NCBI GenBank assembly: GCA_964373695.1
Contig: CAYJVT010000029.1
Location: 1 to 10,042 of the forward strand
Direction of reading: 5' to 3'
DNA: 10,042 bases
Origin: an uncultured archaeon
GTDB lineage: Archaea > Aenigmatarchaeota > Aenigmatarchaeia > GW2011-AR5
The translations under genes and the position numbers were made by a program. The notes under the pieces were generated by a model. That model was given only the letters and a program-made list of their open reading frames with translations. It made no database searches and was not told the origin of the DNA. Below are positions 1-4,947 of the stretch, in pieces (the stretch's first letter is position 1; every line of letters starts with the position of its first letter).

Positions 1-65
1 CCAGAAGAATTCAAGGAATTCTTTTGGGCAAAGGCAGTGGAATCTGCAGATTTGATTATTGTCAT
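1..65 (-). CDS. Possible 5' end of a gene running off the window edge (MTIIKSADSTAFAQKNSLNSS...)
   Basis: ATG at 65-63 overlaps the TGA (64-62) of the upstream gene as ATGA. The frame stays open to position 1. Only 21 codons are visible. Confidence 0.25.
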   Translation of the reverse strand, partial: MTIIKSADSTAFAQKNSLNSS

Positions 66-499
66 ATTATCTCGACCTGTATGCCCGAGGCGCTCCTTGC
101 AAGGCTCACGGACATCCTGCCGGAGCCGCTTGCATTGCCGATTATGTCAATGCTGCTGGAATAATTAACCGTTATCAGGCTGTCGCCGTCATAAGAGAAA
201 TTAAGGTTATTTTGTGTGAAGTTCGACTCGACAAAACGCCCGGGGAACCTGTATTCCAAAGTGTCGGGGCCATCGCGGGCAAAAAGCGTTCCTATCCCTG
301 CATTGAACTGCACAAGCCTTTTCGCTCCCGCCGATTCCGCGCTCAATGAGCGTATCTCGTCATCGAGCTTTTCGAGCGATATACTGCCTTCCTCGAACTG
401 GTTGTAGGCGGGCTCAAGGAGGAAGTTTATTTGAGTCGTCAGAATAATGGTGGAAGCCGTGACAACGGCTATGGCTACCGCAAATGTCAGCATGTTCAT
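62..499 (-). CDS. Hypothetical protein with an N-terminal hydrophobic anchor (exported or pilin-like), 145 aa
   Basis: N-terminal hydrophobic stretch LTFAVAIAVVTASTIIL followed by a Ser/Asn-rich, beta-like region. No recognised catalytic motif. Confidence 0.65.
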   Translation of the reverse strand: MNMLTFAVAIAVVTASTIILTTQINFLLEPAYNQFEEGSISLEKLDDEIRSLSAESAGAKRLVQFNAGIGTLFARDGPDTLEYRFPGRFVESNFTQNNLNFSYDGDSLITVNYSSSIDIIGNASGSGRMSVSLARSASGIQVEII

Positions 500-546
500 G
501 TATTTACTTCCGCCGCGGCGGATAAAATGGTTTTGGATGGAGAAAG

Positions 547-581
547 CGAGCCCGGAGCCGGGCGAATTTGAAATCCATGAA
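547..581. repeat. Dispersed repeat copy A (att-like): CGAGCCCGGAGCCGGGCGAATTTGAAATCCATGAA
   Basis: 548-575 is identical to 3516-3543 (28 bp). 554-581 is identical to 2900-2927 (28 bp). 547-557 is identical to the tRNA 3' end at 4948-4958. Confidence 0.95.
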
Positions 582-594
582 GGGGATTTAGGTT

Positions 595-607
595 TTTATA
601 TCATGTG
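595..607. repeat. Distal block TTTATATCATGTG shared by repeat copies A and C
   Basis: 13-bp identity with 3563-3575. Both blocks start exactly 47 nt after the aligned repeat start (548 and 3516). Confidence 0.85.
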
Positions 608-632
608 ATAGTAAGAAATGAATTACTTTTTC
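604..632. repeat. Second repeat family, copy 1 (abuts the recQ stop codon)
   Basis: TGTGATAG-TAAGAAATGA-ATTACTTTTTC aligns with TGTGATAGGTGAGAAATGATTTTACTTTTTC (2823-2853) at 27 of 31 columns. Confidence 0.8.
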
Positions 633-2799
633 AGATGGTATTTTCTTTGATTAGTTTGAGCCTTACGAGCCTTATTTCCTCATAGGAGTAGCCATCCCCT
701 AGCATCTCTTTGATAGGCGTGAGCGGTCCGCCTCCGAGCTCTTGCATGCATCTGACAACTGCATCCTGCTTCTCCTTGCTTACAAATTGATCGATGTTTA
801 TCTCCTTTCCTGAAAATATCAGCTTCTCTATATGCGATTCTATAGTGCTCGGAGCAAGCCCTCTTTTAGTCGAAATATCCTCAAGACTAAATCCCTGTTC
901 TATCAGCTCAAAAGTCTTCGTATAAGTGTCGGCATCGACATTAATTTTAGCCTGTGATTTTGAAGGAATCTTTCTTTCGTTAAAGTCTTTTTGCAGGCAA
1001 TACCCTCGTATCTTTTCCACGAATCGACTGCCATACTTTTCAAGCTTTGCGCTTCCAACCCCTTTTATCTGCGCCATGCTTTGAAGGTTTTGCGGATAAT
1101 ATATTGACATCTCCCTTAGCGCAGTGTCATGGAATATGACATAAGGAGGCACATGCTCTGCATCAGCAATAGTTTTCCTTAGAATTCTTAGAGCCTCGAA
1201 CAAGTCCTTGTCGAAAGCTTCTTTCGTTGATATTTCTTCTCTTTCCGCGGCAGGCATATCTTCCATGCCAGCAGCTTTTGTAAGCCTCACCGGAAGCTTT
1301 CCCGAAAGGATATCGTAGCTCTTGTCATTTAGCCTGAGAAGAGGATATTTGCTTCCTTCTATGCTAATAAAGCCGAGACGGCAAAGCTCTCTTATGAATG
1401 ACTGCCATTCTCTTTTGCCAATATCTTTTCCGTTCCCGTATGATGCGAGCCTTTCGTGACCATATTGGATTATCCTTTTCTCATTTCCTCCAGTAAGTAT
1501 GGAAATTATGTATGCTCCCCCAAACCTCTCCCGCGTCTCCTTGATGCAGGCAATTATTTTCTTTGCAACTTCCGTGCCATCAAAAGTTTGCATGGGAGTC
1601 AGGCAAGTATCACATTTGCCGCATTGTCCCTCATACGCTTCCCCAAAATAATTAAGAAGCATTTTTCTCCTGCACTCGCGGCTCTCGCAGAAAGCCACCA
1701 TCTTATCCAGCTTCCTGTAAGCTATTGCAAGCTTTTTCCGGTTCCTTGATTTGTCCAGCAGCGCTTCTATTTTTTTCCTGTCGCCATAGCTAAAAAACAG
1801 TATGCACTCGCTTGGAAGCCCATCCCTTCCCGCCCTTCCGGTCTCCTGATAGTATCCTTCGATGTTTTTAGGCAAATCATAGTGGATGACATATCGCACA
1901 TTCGGCTTGTTTATTCCCATTCCAAACGCTATCGTCGCAACTATTATCTGCGCATCATCCCTGATGAACCTCTCCTGGTTTTCAGCCCTTTCATCCTTGC
2001 CGAGGCCGGCATGATAAGGCAGTGCCAAAAATCCGTCTTCCAGCAGTTTTCGCGCAAGTTTCTCAGAGGAACTGCGGCTTTGGCAATATATTATTCCTGA
2101 TTCATTTCTGCGATGTGATACATAATCCACAATCTTATCGTAAGTATCCTCTTTTAGCCGGACATTATAGAATAGATTCGGCCTGTTAAAGCTCGCCCTG
2201 TATATTCGCGGCGAAGAAAGCTTGAGTGTCGAAATGATATCACCTTGCACCTCCGGTACTGCTGTAGCAGTAAGCGCGATTATCGGAACCTTGGGGAATG
2301 CCTCCCTCAACATCTTAAGATTCCTGTATTCCGGCCGGAAGTCATGCCCCCACTCCGATATGCAATGCGCCTCATCTACCGCAAACAGCGATATCCTGAG
2401 CATCCGCAGGAATTCTATGAAATCATAAGATGCAAATCTCTCGGGCGCCACGTACAATATCTTGTCCTTGTTCTCAAGGAGCCTGATCTTTGCATCCTCA
2501 ATTTCACTCATAGTAAGTGTACTGTTGATAAAAGAAGCCCCAATCCCGTTAGCCCGCAGGCTATCCACCTGGTCTTTCATGAGTGAAATAAGAGGCGACA
2601 CTACAATGCTCACCCCTTCCTTCATCACAGCCGGCAGCTGGTAACAAAGCGATTTGCCGCTCCCGGTAGGCATAAGCACAAACACATCTTTCCCGGAAAG
2701 CACGTCCATTACAACATCTTCCTGCATCTCCCTGAATTCATTATAACCAAAATCCAGCTTCAGCCTCTCCAGTGGGTGCTCCATGACTGAAATTTGCAT
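631..2799 (-). CDS. recQ: ATP-dependent DNA helicase RecQ (helicase core, Zn-binding RQC, HRDC, C-terminal HTH). The true start may be ATG at 2784.
   Basis: Motifs MPTGSGKSLCYQLPA, VDEAHCISEWGHDFRPEY, LTATA, YHAGL, VATIAFGMGINKPNVRYVIH and YYQETGRAGRDG. Zn ligands CRRK..CGKCDTC. HRDC segment LRKTIADAEHVPPYVIFHD. An AT-rich TATA-like TATTTAAG lies about 22-29 nt upstream of ATG 2784. Confidence 0.97.
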   Translation of the reverse strand: MQISVMEHPLERLKLDFGYNEFREMQEDVVMDVLSGKDVFVLMPTGSGKSLCYQLPAVMKEGVSIVVSPLISLMKDQVDSLRANGIGASFINSTLTMSEIEDAKIRLLENKDKILYVAPERFASYDFIEFLRMLRISLFAVDEAHCISEWGHDFRPEYRNLKMLREAFPKVPIIALTATAVPEVQGDIISTLKLSSPRIYRASFNRPNLFYNVRLKEDTYDKIVDYVSHRRNESGIIYCQSRSSSEKLARKLLEDGFLALPYHAGLGKDERAENQERFIRDDAQIIVATIAFGMGINKPNVRYVIHYDLPKNIEGYYQETGRAGRDGLPSECILFFSYGDRKKIEALLDKSRNRKKLAIAYRKLDKMVAFCESRECRRKMLLNYFGEAYEGQCGKCDTCLTPMQTFDGTEVAKKIIACIKETRERFGGAYIISILTGGNEKRIIQYGHERLASYGNGKDIGKREWQSFIRELCRLGFISIEGSKYPLLRLNDKSYDILSGKLPVRLTKAAGMEDMPAAEREEISTKEAFDKDLFEALRILRKTIADAEHVPPYVIFHDTALREMSIYYPQNLQSMAQIKGVGSAKLEKYGSRFVEKIRGYCLQKDFNERKIPSKSQAKINVDADTYTKTFELIEQGFSLEDISTKRGLAPSTIESHIEKLIFSGKEINIDQFVSKEKQDAVVRCMQELGGGPLTPIKEMLGDGYSYEEIRLVRLKLIKENTI

Positions 2800-2822
2800 G
2801 GAATTCTTAAATATGAAGAAGT

Positions 2823-2853
2823 TGTGATAGGTGAGAAATGATTTTACTTTTTC
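2823..2853. repeat. Second repeat family, copy 2 (upstream of recQ)
   Basis: 27 of 31 columns match 604-632. The two copies bracket recQ in direct orientation. Confidence 0.8.
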
Positions 2854-2896
2854 TTAGTGCTTCTTGGAATTTATTAAGAATAAGAAATATAGGAAA

Positions 2897-2927
2897 CCAG
2901 GAGCCGGGCGAATTTGAAATCCATGAA
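2897..2927. repeat. Dispersed repeat copy B (tRNA-like core degenerate)
   Basis: 2900-2927 is identical to 554-581. The core at 2893-2903 reads GAAACCAGGAG, a 7/11 match to CGAGCCCGGAG. Confidence 0.93.
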
Positions 2928-2934
2928 TATTGTT

Positions 2935-2950
2935 GAGAAGTTTTATTAAA
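2935..2950 (+). promoter_or_regulatory. Putative archaeal BRE/TATA promoter of relE
   Basis: Purine-rich GAGAAG followed by TTTTATTAAA (2941-2950), 21-30 nt upstream of ATG 2971. Confidence 0.55.
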
Positions 2951-2970
2951 TCGTATATGAATAAAGAAAT

Positions 2971-3291
2971 ATGCCAGATTATGCAATCTATCATTCCTCA
3001 AGATTCGATAAAGAACTTGAGAAATTCGGAAACGATTTCAAAGTCTGGCTGGATAAAATGGAAGAGCAGCTTGTCAAAAGTCCCTATTCTGGAGACCCGC
3101 TTGGCGTCAAGTGGTTCCGCGAAAAGAAATATAAGAATTATAGGGTTTATTTTCTCGTCTATGATGACATTTCGTCTGTTTTTATGGTAGGAATAAGCGA
3201 CAAGAAAGACCAGCAAAAGGTTATCAATACAATAAGACTTTTGTTGGACTTTTTCAGGGATGAACTTGAAAGATTAGCCAAGAAAGAGTAA
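2971..3291 (+). CDS. RelE/ParE-superfamily toxin (probable ribosome-dependent mRNase), 106 aa
   Basis: Size and pattern fit a RelE fold: N-terminal YHSSRFDKELEKF, then GDPLG..FREKK..YRVYFLVY..VFMVGISDKKDQQKVI. Confidence 0.8.
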   Translation: MPDYAIYHSSRFDKELEKFGNDFKVWLDKMEEQLVKSPYSGDPLGVKWFREKKYKNYRVYFLVYDDISSVFMVGISDKKDQQKVINTIRLLLDFFRDELERLAKKE

Positions 3292-3432
3292 TTACTTTAC
3301 CCTTCTTATTCTGCCTTCTTTTATGTCTTTAAGGCTTTCCATAAACTGCCTGAGCAGCTCGACATCTATTTCTGCCTGCATCTTCAGTTTTTCATATTCC
3401 TTCCTTGGTATAGTAACTGTGTCCGTTTTCAT
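3292..3432 (-). CDS. Putative RelB-like antitoxin, 46 aa, not in the ORF track: MKTDTVTIPRKEYEKLKMQAEIDVELLRQFMESLKDIKEGRIRRVK
   Basis: Hand-translated from ATG 3432 to TAA 3294-3292. It has a TVTIPxxEY N-terminus, a charged helical body and a C-terminal SLKDIKEGR like small archaeal antitoxins. A good TATA box sits upstream and the gene abuts relE. Confidence 0.75.
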   Translation of the reverse strand: MKTDTVTIPRKEYEKLKMQAEIDVELLRQFMESLKDIKEGRIRRVK

Positions 3433-3454
3433 GAATAATTTAACCCCACAGCCA

Positions 3455-3462
3455 TATTTAAA
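3455..3462 (-). promoter_or_regulatory. TATA box TTTAAATA of the putative antitoxin gene
   Basis: Matches the archaeal consensus TTTAWATA and lies 23-30 nt upstream of ATG 3432. Confidence 0.7.
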
Positions 3463-3515
3463 GGGATACAGATATTGCAGGGGAATTCTGATTTCAAATC
3501 CGAATCTCCTGAAGT

Positions 3516-3575
3516 GAGCCCGGAGCCGGGCGAATTTGAAATCTGGGTAGGGATTCGGGAAATTTATATCATGTG
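3516..3575. repeat. Dispersed repeat copy C (att-like) including its distal block
   Basis: 3516-3543 is identical to 548-575 and 3563-3575 is identical to 595-607. An inverted arm GATTTCAAATCCG lies at 3490-3502. Confidence 0.95.
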
Positions 3576-3587
3576 TTATATGGGAAT

Positions 3588-4045
3588 TTATGATTTATCA
3601 TCTGTCTTTTGTTCATTCACTTTCTTCATGAGTTCAGGATAAATCCTTTTCAGGAAATTCACGGCTTCTTTTGCATATTCCTTGTCAAAGGTCTTTCCGT
3701 AATACAAAATGCCGTTCCTGAAATATCTGAGCTGATCGGCGAAATGGACATCATTCTTATCAAATCCAAGAATTCTCATGTAAGACACTTCGGCTTCATG
3801 TGCATAGGCACCCGAGGCATTATAGCCATCAAGGAGCATTCTTGCCCTTATCGCTTCCATTATGGCATCGTAGCAGTCCTTGATTATTGAATTTTTGTTG
3901 TTTTCGTCTATACCTATTTTTTAATTACGTCATTAATCCATCTGACAGACCTTTCGGATTCTTCTATCAGGAATCTTGCCCTTGACATGTCCGGACTCTG
4001 TTTTTTCACGATTCTCATTTTCAGGAATTCGCTGAATGACTTCAC
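3588..4045 (-). pseudogene. HEPN-domain protein (MNT partner) split by a one-base frameshift in an A6 run (3917-3922)
   Basis: GTG 4045 overlaps the MNT stop (GTGA) and reads MKSFSEFLKMRIVKKQSPDMSRARFLIEESERSVRWINDVIKK-TAG(3916-3914). The -1 frame continues IGIDENNKNSIIKDCYDAIMEAIRARML...HEAEV...LRYFRNGILYYG. One extra A would give a 152-aa protein. Confidence 0.8.
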
Positions 4046-4590
4046 AATTCTATCCCTCCGACAAGAATGATGCCGTTGTAGAGACTTTCTCTCAGATGTT
4101 TGTGTATATTGCTGAATGAGTCGTAAAAATTGATATTTATCTCCCTTTCAAGAGCCTTTTCGAATTTATCCAAGTCTATAACTTTGTCCTTCCTGCCTAT
4201 TACAGCCAGATCGATGTCAGAACTTATTATGTCTTCCCCTCTCGAATAGCTGCCGAACAGGATTATTGTTGCTCCTGCAAATTCATGCTCAATGTAGTCA
4301 AAAAGTCCGGATTCATATATAAGCTTCAGGTTATCAGCCCTTTTCAGCTGCATTACTCTTCGGCTATCCCTGTTCATTTCTATAGACCATCTTTTAGATT
4401 CGTTGTCCTGCTGGACAACAATCAGCCCGTCTTCTTCCATCTGTGGAATAGCTTTCATCACTGCCGGAGGGGAAACTCCGAGAACTTTTGCTATCTGCCT
4501 CTGGTTCATGGTCTTTCCGGCCCTTACGAAAAGAAGCCTCAATATCTCCTGCTGGAGATTTGTAAACTTTAGTTTATATATATTTATCAT
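4042..4590 (-). CDS. Winged-HTH plus minimal nucleotidyltransferase (MNT) antitoxin, 182 aa
   Basis: N-terminal HTH MNQRQIAKVLGVSPPAVMKAIPQMEEDGLI. Pol-beta-type motif ILFGSYSRGED..SSDIDLAVIG. Translationally coupled to the HEPN gene. Confidence 0.92.
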   Translation of the reverse strand: MINIYKLKFTNLQQEILRLLFVRAGKTMNQRQIAKVLGVSPPAVMKAIPQMEEDGLIVVQQDNESKRWSIEMNRDSRRVMQLKRADNLKLIYESGLFDYIEHEFAGATIILFGSYSRGEDIISSDIDLAVIGRKDKVIDLDKFEKALEREININFYDSFSNIHKHLRESLYNGIILVGGIEL

Positions 4591-4609
4591 AGTTAATACA
4601 TATTAACTA
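4590..4609. promoter_or_regulatory. Palindromic operator candidate TAGTTAATA-CA-TATTAACTA
   Basis: Perfect 9-bp inverted arms with a 2-nt spacer, lying between the TATA box (4613-4620) and the MNT start codon. Confidence 0.75.
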
Positions 4610-4612
4610 AAC

Positions 4613-4620
4613 TTTATATA
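4613..4620 (-). promoter_or_regulatory. TATA box TATATAAA of the MNT-HEPN operon
   Basis: Located 23-30 nt upstream of ATG 4590. Confidence 0.7.
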
Positions 4621-4856
4621 TCTATCATACTGTGTCGGGGAAAGTATTTTCTGTAGAAGCAGCCGTCGCACATCCCGTCGTGCCAGTCCCTGTTATGCGC
4701 CGAAATCTTTGCCTTGCACTCCCTGCAGTCGTAGTCCATTTCCTCGTCATTCTTCATGTGGAACGTGCGCATCTTTTTCTTCATCTCGGCATCGCTCATC
4801 GGCTGGGCAAAGCTGCCTTCTGACCAGAAATCGTCTTCTTCCTTTTCTTCGGACAT
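4614..4856 (-). CDS. Small putative zinc-finger protein, 80 aa (MSEEKEEDDFW...CRECKAKISAHNRDWHDGMCDGCF...)
   Basis: Two CxxC pairs (CREC, CDGC) and an acidic N-terminus. The longer track ORF (to 5093) runs through the tRNA, so ATG 4856 is preferred. Confidence 0.6.
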   Translation of the reverse strand: MSEEKEEDDFWSEGSFAQPMSDAEMKKKMRTFHMKNDEEMDYDCRECKAKISAHNRDWHDGMCDGCFYRKYFPRHSMIDI

Positions 4857-4920
4857 TATTATATATTTCTTCGCATGTTTACATTCTTTTCTGTCACGAT
4901 TTTGGAGGCGTGTCCGTTTT

Positions 4921-4937
4921 AATCCCCCAGCAGGATT
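4921..4937 (-). terminator. Weak hairpin downstream of the tRNA (AATCC-TGCTGGG-GGATT on the minus strand)
   Basis: 5-bp stem with a 7-nt loop, about 10 nt after the discriminator base. Function is uncertain. Confidence 0.25.
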
Positions 4938-4947
4938 TGAAATATCA

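Noticed and set aside
500-523. In-frame upstream codons I-R-R-G-G-S-K-Y before ORF 62..499, resembling a class III (prepilin) signal peptide
   Set aside because: There is no ATG, GTG or TTG start in front of RRG, and Gly at +1 is not typical of cleavage sites. The same bases hold a TATA-like TTTTATC for ATG 499, so the evidence is too weak.
595-607. Archaeal dif (XerA) site, because TTATATC resembles a dif arm
   Set aside because: There is no inverted partner arm (GATATAA) 6 nt away in either copy.
548-607. Classical integron attC sites
   Set aside because: I could not find the RYYYAAC/GTTRRRY R-boxes or a long bottom-strand hairpin. The resemblance to integrons is only architectural.
1456-2644. 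Several + strand ORFs antisense to recQ
   Set aside because: These are shadow ORFs of a clear minus-strand gene and contain no recognisable motifs.
2807-3216. Minus-strand ORFs 2807..3001 and 2998..3216, and + strand ORF 2930..3190
   Set aside because: They overlap relE, its promoter and repeat B, and have no protein motifs.
548-3543. CRISPR array: the 28-bp repeat has a hairpin and ends in ATTTGAAAT, like the 3' handle of CRISPR repeats
   Set aside because: The copies are 0.6-2.3 kb apart with whole genes between them. There are no 30-45 nt spacers, no leader and no cas genes, and the repeat's 5' part matches the tRNA end instead.
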